Positions 1 to 7,841 of a stretch of 36,730 nucleotides of DNA are shown here, in pieces. Origin of the DNA: an uncultured Anaerolineaceae bacterium (lineage in GTDB: Bacteria > Chloroflexota > Limnocylindria > Limnocylindrales > CSP1-4); assembly GCA_964522905.1 (NCBI GenBank), contig CAZFXH010000340.1, positions 1-36,730 on the forward strand, written 5' to 3'. How positions within the stretch are numbered: position 1 is the first letter of the stretch; each line of letters opens with the position of its first letter. The notes beneath the pieces were generated by a model, which was given only the letters and a program-made list of their open reading frames with translations, searched no databases and had not been told where the DNA came from. A program made the translations under genes and the position numbers.

Positions 1-2
1 CA

Positions 3-563
3 TGGGGCGCCGAATTCAAGACGGCGGTCGCCGACGCAGCCCCGGAGACCATCCGCATGCGGTTCGACGTGCAACCCGAATCGACCGTCATCGCCGTCGG
101 CGATCCGGCACCGGCATCGGATACCCCGACACTCAGCGACGTGGATGGCGACATCGCGAGGATCTCGACCGACGACGAACCTTACGAGGCCTTCTACCAG
201 ACGTCGGTCGCCGAGGCGCTCGCCGCCAGGAAGCCGTTCGTCGTGGCCTTCGCGACGCCGAAGTTCTGCCAGACCCAGCAGTGCGGGCCGACGCTCGACC
301 GGGTCAAGCCGATCGCGGCGGCCCACCCGGGCGTGACGTTCATCAACGTCGAGCCGTACCAGCTCGAGGTCGTCGATGGCCAGCTCCAGCCGGTCTTGAC
401 GGGCGAGCCACCCCAGCTGACCCCGGCCACGTCGACCGACGAGTGGCGCCTGCTCAGCGAACCGTGGGTCTTCGTCGTCGACCGCGAGGGCATCGTGACC
501 GCGTCGTTCATGCTGATCTTCAGCGGAGCGGAGCTTGAAGCGGCCGTCGCCGCCGTCGAATAG
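3..563 (+). CDS. Thioredoxin-fold (TlpA/redoxin-like) protein, probably 5'-truncated by the window edge
   Basis: The reading frame is open from nt 3 (WGAEFKTAVADAAPETIRMRFDV...), so the listed ATG at 57 may be internal. The C-terminal half has a redoxin-like core (KPFVVAFATPKFCQTQQCGP ... PWVFVVDREGIV). Stop TAG at 561-563. Strong G/C third-position bias. Confidence 0.6.
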   Translation, partial: WGAEFKTAVADAAPETIRMRFDVQPESTVIAVGDPAPASDTPTLSDVDGDIARISTDDEPYEAFYQTSVAEALAARKPFVVAFATPKFCQTQQCGPTLDRVKPIAAAHPGVTFINVEPYQLEVVDGQLQPVLTGEPPQLTPATSTDEWRLLSEPWVFVVDREGIVTASFMLIFSGAELEAAVAAVE

Positions 564-566
564 CCG

Positions 567-932
567 TCAGCCGCCGGCGTCCTCGAGCCGTACGGCGAAG
601 CGCTCGTTGCCCTCCACCCGGTAGTACACGACCACGGGCTGCGCGGTCGCCTGGTGCTCCGCCAGGTGGCCGGGCGGGAAGTCCATCCCGTTCTCGAGCT
701 CGCCGAGACGGAATTCGAGCGTTTCGCCACCAGGTCGGCGCAGGGTGAAGCCGCTCACCGCGGCGAGGCCCGAGCTATCGACCGCCACGACCACCCCCTC
801 GACCCGGGTCGTGTCGGGCGGCCCGTCGGGATCGAGCAGCGACGTGTCACTCAGCAGCAGCGCCGCGCCTCCAGTGACCGCGATGACCACGACCAGCACG
901 ACCGCGAAGAGGTTCCGCGTCCGGCGATCCAC
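567..932 (-). CDS. Small membrane-anchored protein of unknown function
   Basis: 121-aa ORF with one N-terminal TM helix (LFAVVLVVVIAVTGGAALLL) followed by a soluble domain of ~85 aa. Genome-like G/C3 bias. It starts 6 nt after the pyrE stop on the same strand, making it the last gene of the pyrK-D-E unit. No family recognised. Confidence 0.65.
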   Translation of the reverse strand: MDRRTRNLFAVVLVVVIAVTGGAALLLSDTSLLDPDGPPDTTRVEGVVVAVDSSGLAAVSGFTLRRPGGETLEFRLGELENGMDFPPGHLAEHQATAQPVVVYYRVEGNERFAVRLEDAGG

Positions 933-938
933 GCCGGG

Positions 939-1631
939 TCAGGCGCCGGCCGTGGCCCCGGCACCGGTGCTGCCGGGAGCGTAGACGGGCTCCCCGGCGG
1001 CACAGCGGGGGCACGTGGCTTCGCCCGGTTCGTAGGTCGGCAGGTCGAGCTGCCACAGCGCGCGGAGCGGGTATGTCCGGCCCGTCGCCGGTGACGTCAG
1101 GGTGGCGCGTCCACCACTGCGATCCACGAGAACGGCGCACTCGACGATCTCGCCGCCCATCGCCTCCACGGCCGGGATCATGGCGAGCAGCGAGCCACCG
1201 GTCGTGAGGATGTCGTCCACCAGCAGCACCCGCTCGCCCGGGAGGATCACGAAGCCGCGCCGGAACTCGCGTCGGGTGCCGCCGTCCGCGGCGCGGACCT
1301 CCTCAGCGAAGATGCTGCGCAGTCCGAGCTGGCGCGCGGTCTCGAAGGCGAGGATCACGCCACCGGTCGTGGGGCCGGCCACGAGGTCAACGAGCGGACC
1401 CGGGGCATCGTCGGCGCCACGCATCCGCGCCGCCCAGAACGAGCACAGCTCGCTGGTGGCAGCAGGATCGGACAGGACCGCGAACTTCTCCACGTACGCG
1501 TCGGCATGACGGCCACTCTTGAGCTGGAAGTGCCCCTCGCGGAATGCGCCCGATGCCCGGAACAGTGCCTCGGTGCGGTGCGCGATGCCGGCGCGCGCGA
1601 CCATCTCGAGCGCGGGCTTGATCGTCGTCAT
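939..1631 (-). CDS. pyrE: Orotate phosphoribosyltransferase
   Basis: PRPP-binding loop VLLVDDILTTGGS. OPRTase-like N-terminus (FQLKSGRHADAYVEKF). Sits directly downstream of pyrD. C-terminal CPRC-containing tail. Confidence 0.9.
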   Translation of the reverse strand: MTTIKPALEMVARAGIAHRTEALFRASGAFREGHFQLKSGRHADAYVEKFAVLSDPAATSELCSFWAARMRGADDAPGPLVDLVAGPTTGGVILAFETARQLGLRSIFAEEVRAADGGTRREFRRGFVILPGERVLLVDDILTTGGSLLAMIPAVEAMGGEIVECAVLVDRSGGRATLTSPATGRTYPLRALWQLDLPTYEPGEATCPRCAAGEPVYAPGSTGAGATAGA

Positions 1632-1656
1632 GCGCCCAGTCTACGTGGCAGGCCGG

Positions 1657-2700
1657 CTATGGCCGGTATTCGACGCCCTTCGCCGACGGCGATCCGGCGC
1701 GGGCCGGGAGGGCCGTGCCGACGAGGTCGAGGTGCGTCGTCACGCCCACCCGGCGGCACTCGGCCGACAGCTCATCGACCAGGCGGACCGGCAACGCGGG
1801 ATCCGCGAAGATCGCGGTGCCGACCTGGACCGCGACAGCGCCGACGGCCAGGAAGTCGAGCACATCCGCGAGCTCGGTCACGCCGCCGATCGCGACGATG
1901 GGGATCTTCACCGCCTGGGCGGCCTCGTAGACGATGCGCAGGGCCACGGGCTTGACGGCCGGGCCGCTCAGGCCGCCGTAGATGTTACCGAGCAACGGGC
2001 GCGAGCGGCCCGGCGCGACGGCGATCCCGGACAGGGTGTTGATGGCGGTCAGAGCGTCGGCGCCGGCGTCGGCGATGGCCCGGGCGATGGGCCGGATATC
2101 GGCGACGTTCGGTGACAGCTTCACGAGCAGTGGCAGGTCGGTGGCGCGCCGGACCGCGGCCGTCACCTCGCCCGCGGCCCCGGCGTCGATCGCGAACTGG
2201 AGCCCGCGCTTGCCGACGTTCGGGCACGAGATGTTGAGCTCGATGCCGGCGATCCCGGGCACGCCCTCGAGCCGGCGGGTGACCTCGACGTAATCGCTGA
2301 CCGACTCGCCGGCCACGTTCACGATGACCGGAACCTTCCAGCCGGCCCACGTCCGGGCGTACTTCTCTATCACCGCGTCGACACCCGGGTTCTGCAGGCC
2401 GATCGAGTTGAGCATGCCGCCCGGCGTCTCCGTCACACGCGGTGTCGGGTTGCCGATGCGCGGCTTGAGCGTCGTGCCCTTGCAGCAGATGGCGCCCAGC
2501 CGGTCGACGTCGACGACGTCGCCGTACTCAACGCCGTAGCCGAAGGTCCCCGACGCCACGAGGATCGGGTTCGGCAGTACGAGTCCACGCCCGAGGTCGA
2601 CCGACAGGTCGATCTCGACGTCCCGGGGAGCGACGTCGTCACCCCCCGTCGGATTCGACGCGGCCGAGGCGGGCCGAGGCTCAGACTTCGGCGGCGACAT
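1657..2700 (-). CDS. pyrD: Dihydroorotate dehydrogenase, class 1B catalytic subunit
   Basis: Motifs NPILVASGTFGYG, CCKGTTLKPRIGNPTPR, GMLNSIGLQNPG, NISCPN, VKLSPN, TAINT, GGLSGPAVKP and AIGGV. The ORF runs to 2904, but that extension overlaps pyrK in another frame. The first ATG clear of pyrK is at 2700, with an alternative ATG at 2736. Confidence 0.9.
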   Translation of the reverse strand: MSPPKSEPRPASAASNPTGGDDVAPRDVEIDLSVDLGRGLVLPNPILVASGTFGYGVEYGDVVDVDRLGAICCKGTTLKPRIGNPTPRVTETPGGMLNSIGLQNPGVDAVIEKYARTWAGWKVPVIVNVAGESVSDYVEVTRRLEGVPGIAGIELNISCPNVGKRGLQFAIDAGAAGEVTAAVRRATDLPLLVKLSPNVADIRPIARAIADAGADALTAINTLSGIAVAPGRSRPLLGNIYGGLSGPAVKPVALRIVYEAAQAVKIPIVAIGGVTELADVLDFLAVGAVAVQVGTAIFADPALPVRLVDELSAECRRVGVTTHLDLVGTALPARAGSPSAKGVEYRP

Positions 2701-2795
2701 GACCGACCGGAAGGCCGGGCGCGTTCGCCGTGGCATCGGGGCCCGGCTGGCTCCCGCCGGGCGACCGGAGGACGTGATCACCCGCCGCTTGGCCT

Positions 2796-3665
2796 TCACG
2801 ACCAGGCGCCCTCCCAGATCAGCTCCTCGCTCGCGAACACCGGCCCCTCGCGGCAGACCCGCTGCGGCACCCCGGTCGTGCTCATCACGACGCAACCGAG
2901 GCACGCGCCCACCGCACAGCCCATGTTCTGTTCCATCGACACCTGGAGGAATGCCTTGCGTCGGGCCGCCGCGGAGCCGGATGGGTCACCGCGCCCTCCA
3001 CCACGCTTCCGCCCGAGGCTCGCGACACCGAGCCGGCCCCCGCGGCCTTCCGCCTGCCGCGCGAGGGCGGCCAGCATCCCGGAGGGACCGCAAGCGAACG
3101 CCTGGTCGGCCCACGACTCGTACTGCGCCACGAGATCCGTCACGTAGCCGTGGTGGCCGAGGGAGCCGTCATCGGTCGCCACGACGTACTCGATCTCATC
3201 GGGTAGGAGGCTGGAGGGATACACCTCGCGCGAGCTCGCCGCCCCGAACAGCAGGGTCACCTGGCGCCCGTCGCGGAGGGCCTCATCTGCGAGCATCCGG
3301 ACGCCGGCAATCCCGAGGCCACCCGCCACGAGCAGCAGGTGGCGGCTACGCGGATCTACCTCGAACGGGCGGCCGAGGGGACCGAGCAGTTCGATCTCGT
3401 CACCGGCGCGGAGTCTCGTGAACCACTCGGTTCCACGTCCGATGACACGGAAGTGGATCGTGATCATGCCGGTGGTGACGTCCGCGGTATTCACCGAGAA
3501 GGGGCGGCGCAGGACCATCCCGGAAAAGTCGCCGGTCCGGATGTGGACGAACTGGCCGGCGCGCGATCCGCTGGCGATCATCGGCGCGTGGTACGCCTGG
3601 AGCCATTGCCCGGGCAGGATCTCGCGGCTCTCCATGAGCTCTGCCGCGACGAGCCGCATCGTCAC
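2796..3665 (-). CDS. pyrK: Dihydroorotate dehydrogenase electron-transfer (FAD / 2Fe-2S) subunit
   Basis: Ferredoxin-reductase-like motifs RRPFSV, GPLGRPF and LLLVAGGLGIAG. C-terminal cluster motif MGCAVGACLGCVV...VC. Located directly upstream of pyrD. Its ATG overlaps the stop of the upstream acidic-protein gene (ATGA). Confidence 0.9.
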   Translation of the reverse strand: MTMRLVAAELMESREILPGQWLQAYHAPMIASGSRAGQFVHIRTGDFSGMVLRRPFSVNTADVTTGMITIHFRVIGRGTEWFTRLRAGDEIELLGPLGRPFEVDPRSRHLLLVAGGLGIAGVRMLADEALRDGRQVTLLFGAASSREVYPSSLLPDEIEYVVATDDGSLGHHGYVTDLVAQYESWADQAFACGPSGMLAALARQAEGRGGRLGVASLGRKRGGGRGDPSGSAAARRKAFLQVSMEQNMGCAVGACLGCVVMSTTGVPQRVCREGPVFASEELIWEGAWS

Positions 3666-4669
3666 GCGGTCGGGCGATCCTCCGACTCCTTCACGACGTC
3701 CTCGACGTCTTCCACATCCTCGACGTCCTCCACATCCTCCACATCCTCAACGTCCTCAACGTCGGCGGCGGCCTCCGCATCCGTGGCGGCGGCGACCGCT
3801 CCCTCCTCGCTCGCCTCGGCGATGTCGGCGGCCGCCCCGGGATATTCGGGGGCGACGGCGGGATATGCCTCGGCGAGCGCGTCGGCAAGATCGCCGAAGA
3901 CGTCGGTGGGGTCGTAGAACTCGACGAGCTGGTCCGGTCCGGACAGCGTGCGCCAGGTGCCATCGGCTTCTTCGGGTACGACCTCGGCCCGGAACTCGCC
4001 GGTCGCGGTGAGCGTGAGCCGCTCATCGTCGTCGTCGACGATGACAAGCTCGCCGAGCAGCCCCGACGCGCTCGCGGCCGCCACCTCGAAGTCGTCCAGC
4101 AAGCGCGACTCGCTGCGCTGGCTGCGCTCCTGGTATTCGAGCGCGAGGTCGTACAGGCGCCGCGCGGCCGCCTCGTCGTCCTCGAGCACCGGCGCGTCTC
4201 CCTGACCGGCGGCCCACGAGTCGGCGGCTGCCGCGTAGGGATCCTCACCGAGGGTGATCGATTCTTCCGGCGAGATCCCAGCGGACTCGAGCAGGTCCTC
4301 GGCGGCGGTCGGGGCTTCCGCGAAGCCTGCCGCCTCCTTGGCGGCGTCGGCGAAGGCGGCATAGATGTCCGCCGGGTTGTACAGCTCGACGAGCTCGGAT
4401 GCTGATTCGATGACCTCGGTCTCACTCACCCATTCGCCGCTGGTCTCGTCCTGGAATCGGCTGCGGCTGCGGAACGAGAGGTCGGGGGCGATCGAAAGGT
4501 AATCGGGCTCCTCGTCGATGAGCGTCAGGCCGCCGTACGCCGCGAGGCGCTCCTTGTGGCGGTCGAGGAAGCGCCGGAGCTGGTCGGTGCTCTGCACGAG
4601 GAAGTCGGAACGCTCCAGGGCGGCGTCCGCCGCGATCTCCCCGAGCAGGTCGTTGCGGCCCGTATCCAT
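3662..4669 (-). CDS. Highly acidic protein with two tandem ~75-aa modules and a C-terminal (DVE)7 repeat; function unknown
   Basis: The ORF spans 3662..4726. The ATG at 4669 is preceded by GGGAGG with 6-nt spacing, whereas the ATG at 4726 lacks an SD. The protein is very Asp/Glu-rich. It has an internal duplication: LTLIDEEPDYLSIAPDLSFRSR...GEWVSETEVIESASELVELYNPADIYAAFADAAKEA versus LVIVDDDDERLTLTATGEFRAE...GTWRTLSGPDQLVEFYDPTDVFGDLADALAEA. The stop overlaps the pyrK start. Confidence 0.75.
   Translation of the reverse strand: MDTGRNDLLGEIAADAALERSDFLVQSTDQLRRFLDRHKERLAAYGGLTLIDEEPDYLSIAPDLSFRSRSRFQDETSGEWVSETEVIESASELVELYNPADIYAAFADAAKEAAGFAEAPTAAEDLLESAGISPEESITLGEDPYAAAADSWAAGQGDAPVLEDDEAAARRLYDLALEYQERSQRSESRLLDDFEVAAASASGLLGELVIVDDDDERLTLTATGEFRAEVVPEEADGTWRTLSGPDQLVEFYDPTDVFGDLADALAEAYPAVAPEYPGAAADIAEASEEGAVAAATDAEAAADVEDVEDVEDVEDVEDVEDVEDVVKESEDRPTA
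3698..3763 (-). repeat. 9-nt (3-codon) tandem repeat encoding D(VED)x7 at the C-terminus of the acidic protein
   Basis: Read directly from the DNA. Codons on the coding strand are GAC GTT GAG / GAC GTT GAG / GAT GTG GAG / GAT GTG GAG / GAC GTC GAG / GAT GTG GAA / GAC GTC GAG. The repeat is perfect at peptide level but differs at synonymous sites. Confidence 0.85.
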
Positions 4670-4747
4670 GGGTTGCCTCCCGTTCGGTTCGTCGCCAGGT
4701 GGTCGTGCGTCGCGTCGGATGCTCATGTCTCGCTCATCTTCGTCGGG

Positions 4748-5116
4748 TCAGCGATGGTATTCGAGGTCGGGGCCCATCCGCTCGCGGAGGAACATCGAAT
4801 GATGCCGTTCGAAGATCCACTCGCCGGCGCGATGGCCGAGCGCGCGAGTGCCTTCGTCGTGTTCGAGCTTGTCGAGCGTGGCGTAGTCGGGTAGCTCGAG
4901 GAGGATGACGTTGTCGAAGTCCCAGCCGTGCGCGACGTTGTACCAGCCGATGAATCGGATCCCGAAGCGCTCCTCGTAGTCCTTCACGGTGCGCGGGAAG
5001 ATGGTCCTCATGAAGAACTTGAAGAAGGGATCGCGGCCGCGGCGAACGGAGAAGTAGGTCGCGAGCACGGGCACGGGCGCTGCGGTCCTCCTGGCTGAAG
5101 CTGGGGCAACCGCCAT
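4748..5116 (-). CDS. Small alpha+beta protein; the ABM/NIPSNAP/EthD-like dimeric-barrel assignment is a guess
   Basis: The ORF spans 4748..5158 (GTG at 5158, ATG at 5116). Genome-like codon bias. Sequence FFKFFMRTIFPRTVKDYEERFGIRFIGWYNVAHGWDFDNVILLELPDYATLDKLEHDE resembles beta-alpha-beta barrel stress and antibiotic-monooxygenase-like proteins. The family assignment is tentative. Confidence 0.6.
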   Translation of the reverse strand: MAVAPASARRTAAPVPVLATYFSVRRGRDPFFKFFMRTIFPRTVKDYEERFGIRFIGWYNVAHGWDFDNVILLELPDYATLDKLEHDEGTRALGHRAGEWIFERHHSMFLRERMGPDLEYHR

Positions 5117-5188
5117 TGTCGCACGGGGCTCGGGCCGGACGTTCCCTGGCGGCACCACGTGTCGAGGCGCGCCAAGGGGCAGCCGCGC

Positions 5189-5581
5189 TCAGGCCGGGTC
5201 GTTGCTTTCCTTGTCGGGCTCCGCGGCCGCGCCCTCGTCCTCCAGCTCCCCCACGGTCTTTGTGGCACTCCCCAACGGTCGCCGCCGGCCGCGACGGTCG
5301 GCCGCCACCAGCCGAAGCAGGAAGATGATCGTCTGGCCCGTGACGAGGAGCAGCAGGAGCACCGCGAACAGCAGCGCGCCGCTCACCGCATCGGGCCACC
5401 TCCAGACGACGGTGAGCGGGGTCAGGACCAGCAGGCTGACCAGCACGATCAGCTGGAACCGGAAACAGCCGAGCCCAGGGCCCCGCTCGGCGTCGAGCTC
5501 TTCGCCCTTGTACTTGACCGGGCCCGGCTGTCGCGGCGGCCGGTCCGGAGTCGGGTCGGCGGCGGGATCGTCGTCGGTCAC
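5189..5581 (-). CDS. Small two-TM membrane protein
   Basis: This is the C-terminal part of the 292-aa ORF 5189..6067; the part above 5637 overlaps the YbaK-like gene in another frame. A GTG at 5581 gives VTDDDPAADP.... Two hydrophobic helices (FQLIVLVSLLVLTPLTVVW and ALLFAVLLLLLVTGQTIIFLL) are followed by a charged tail. Confidence 0.5.
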   Translation of the reverse strand: MTDDDPAADPTPDRPPRQPGPVKYKGEELDAERGPGLGCFRFQLIVLVSLLVLTPLTVVWRWPDAVSGALLFAVLLLLLVTGQTIIFLLRLVAADRRGRRRPLGSATKTVGELEDEGAAAEPDKESNDPA

Positions 5582-5637
5582 GAGCCGGAACGATACGGGA
5601 GGCGGCCCGAACCCGCCGGGCGGGCGCGGGCGGAGTG

Positions 5638-6162
5638 CTACGCCGTCGCCGGCTCGGTCGCCAGGCCCTCGACGACCTCGACGCGCGGCAACGCCAACAG
5701 GATCGACGGCGATGCGATCACCTTCCAGGACCTCGAGCCCCCGCCGAGCACGATGCGGTCCCGCGCCATCACGCGAGCATCGACCCACACCGGCAGCTCG
5801 GGCGGCAGGCCGAAGACGGTCACTCCACCGATCTCCATGCCGGTGATCTCGCGCGTGGACTCCGATGGCGCGAAGGACGCCTTGCGCGTCCCCAGCCGGT
5901 CGCGCACGGTCCGATTCACGTCCAGCCGGTTCGGGGCGAGCACGACGCATGCGGCATAGCGCGGTGGATCGCTCTTGCCGATGACAAGGATCGTGTTCGC
6001 CGAGTCCTCCGGAGCGAACCCGTAGGCGGCGCAGAACGCCGTCGTATCGGCGAGCGCCGGATCGCACGCGAAGAGCTCGTACTCGATATGGAGCGGCTCG
6101 AGGGCGGCGAACAGCCGCTCACGCCCGGCTGGATCGTGCGAGGGGTCGTGATCGGACGTCAC
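5638..6162 (-). CDS. YbaK/EbsC-type aminoacyl-tRNA deacylase domain protein
   Basis: Shows YbaK/ProRS-associated-domain-like sequence (ILVIGKSDPPRYAACVVLAPNRLDVN..VRDRLGTRKASFA...TGMEIGGVTVFGLP...VWVDARV...IVLGGGSRSWKV). The ORF reaches 6213, and a GTG at 6162 is an alternative start. Confidence 0.75.
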   Translation of the reverse strand: MTSDHDPSHDPAGRERLFAALEPLHIEYELFACDPALADTTAFCAAYGFAPEDSANTILVIGKSDPPRYAACVVLAPNRLDVNRTVRDRLGTRKASFAPSESTREITGMEIGGVTVFGLPPELPVWVDARVMARDRIVLGGGSRSWKVIASPSILLALPRVEVVEGLATEPATA

Positions 6163-6221
6163 GGGCCGAAGAGTACGACGCGGGACCGTCGACCGACCGC
6201 GGGCCGCTACCATCGAGCGCG

Positions 6222-7841
6222 ATGCCCGACCGCTCCACGATCCAGCACCCGACCGCGCCGCCCGACATCGATGCCTACCTCGCGCGGTTCGACTGGCACC
6301 CCGAGCCCGAGCTCATCGGATACCGCGATGAGGGCGCCTCGAGGGCCGCGCTGACCGAGCTCGGCGAGCAGACCTGGGCGGCTGCGCTGGAGTTCCTGTA
6401 CGGCACCGCGATGGTCCGGGCCATGGGCGACCCCTCGCCGTATGACGCCGCGCGCCGGCGCTATTACGGCCCGGATGCGACCGGTCCCGGGGCGGCCCCT
6501 GCCGGCCCCAGTCCGGCGGCCGCCGTCCTCGCGGAATTCTCCGATCGGCTGGCAGGCAGCCTGATGAACGCCCAGCACCCGCGCCAGTTCGGCTACTTCA
6601 CGCCGCCGCCCCTGCCCATGTCGATCATGGGCGAGCTCCTGGCGCAGGTCGCCAACCAGGGCGTCGACGTGTGGCACGCCGGCCCGTTCGCGGCCTTCGT
6701 CGAGGAGGAGGTCGTGCGCTGGCTGTGCGATCTCGTCGGGTACGGCGAGGGCTCGTTCGGGCTGCTGACCAGCGGCGGCGTCATGGCCAATTTCATGGGC
6801 ATGACCCTGGCGCGCGACATGCATCTCGGGCGGATCAGGGGGCTGGATCGCCCGCCCCGTGGAGCGGCGCTGGAAGGTGCCCGGGTCTACACGAGCGACC
6901 AGACCCACTTCTCGATCGCGCGAGCGCTCGATGAGCTCGGGTTCCCGCCCGAGACCCTGGTCGTCCTGCCCGCCGACGACGACTTCCATCTGCGCGGGGC
7001 GTCGGTCGCGGCGGCGGCCCAGCGCGACCGAGCCGCCGGCCTGACGCCGTTCGCGATCGCGGCGGTCGCGGGCTCGACGAACACGGGCTCGGTCGACTCG
7101 ATCTGGGAGCTCGCGGACGTCGCCGCGGCCGAGGACATGTGGCTCCACGTGGACGCGGCCTACGGCGGGGGTGCCCGGCTCTCGGAGCGAGACCGGGACC
7201 GCGTGCCGGACCTCGAGCGCGCCGACTCGGTCACGGTCGACCCGCACAAGTGGTTCTTCCAGGCGTACGACATCGGCGGCCTGCTGGTCCGCGACGGCCG
7301 GGCGCTCGGGGCGGTCTTCGGCGGCCGGGCCCCCGAGTACTACCGCGGCGGGGAGGCACAGGAGACCGCGGGTGACGGCCACGACCACGACGACCAGCTC
7401 AACTTCTACAAGCTCAGCTTCGAAGGCACCCGCCGCTGGCGTGCGCTCAAGCTGTGGATGACGTGGAAGCACCTCGGCACGAGCGGCTTCGGTCGGCTGA
7501 TCGAGGCGAACGATGACCTCGCCGCCCACCTCGCCGCGCGCTGCGCCGAGGCCGATGATTTCGAGGCCCTGCCCGCCGTCCCGGAACTATCGGTCGTCTG
7601 CTTCCGCCACCGGCCACCCGGGCTCCAAGGCGCCGACCTCGATGCCCATCAGGACCGGCTGCAGGCGGCCCTCGAATCCTCAGGCGATGGCTGGCTGACG
7701 ACGACCCGCCTGCGCGGCTCGACCTGGCTGCGGGCGGGGATCGTCAACTACCTCGCGACCGAAGCGGATATCGACCACCTACTCGACACGCTTCGTCGGC
7801 TCGCCATGTCCGAGCCACGATCGGGAGCCGTCCCAGGCTAG
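6222..7841 (+). CDS. Pyridoxal-phosphate-dependent (group II) amino-acid decarboxylase
   Basis: Motifs LTSGGVMANFMGMTLARD, STNTGSVD, LHVDAAYGGG and the PLP-lysine motif SVTVDPHKWFFQ.YD. The 440-aa ORF on the opposite strand (6207..7529) is an antisense artefact. Confidence 0.9.
   Translation: MPDRSTIQHPTAPPDIDAYLARFDWHPEPELIGYRDEGASRAALTELGEQTWAAALEFLYGTAMVRAMGDPSPYDAARRRYYGPDATGPGAAPAGPSPAAAVLAEFSDRLAGSLMNAQHPRQFGYFTPPPLPMSIMGELLAQVANQGVDVWHAGPFAAFVEEEVVRWLCDLVGYGEGSFGLLTSGGVMANFMGMTLARDMHLGRIRGLDRPPRGAALEGARVYTSDQTHFSIARALDELGFPPETLVVLPADDDFHLRGASVAAAAQRDRAAGLTPFAIAAVAGSTNTGSVDSIWELADVAAAEDMWLHVDAAYGGGARLSERDRDRVPDLERADSVTVDPHKWFFQAYDIGGLLVRDGRALGAVFGGRAPEYYRGGEAQETAGDGHDHDDQLNFYKLSFEGTRRWRALKLWMTWKHLGTSGFGRLIEANDDLAAHLAARCAEADDFEALPAVPELSVVCFRHRPPGLQGADLDAHQDRLQAALESSGDGWLTTTRLRGSTWLRAGIVNYLATEADIDHLLDTLRRLAMSEPRSGAVPG

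Noticed and set aside
6207-7529. A 440-aa minus-strand ORF opposite the PLP-decarboxylase.
   Set aside because: It is an antisense shadow of a gene with clear PLP-lysine and family motifs. The translation is Arg/Pro/Gly-rich with no motifs.
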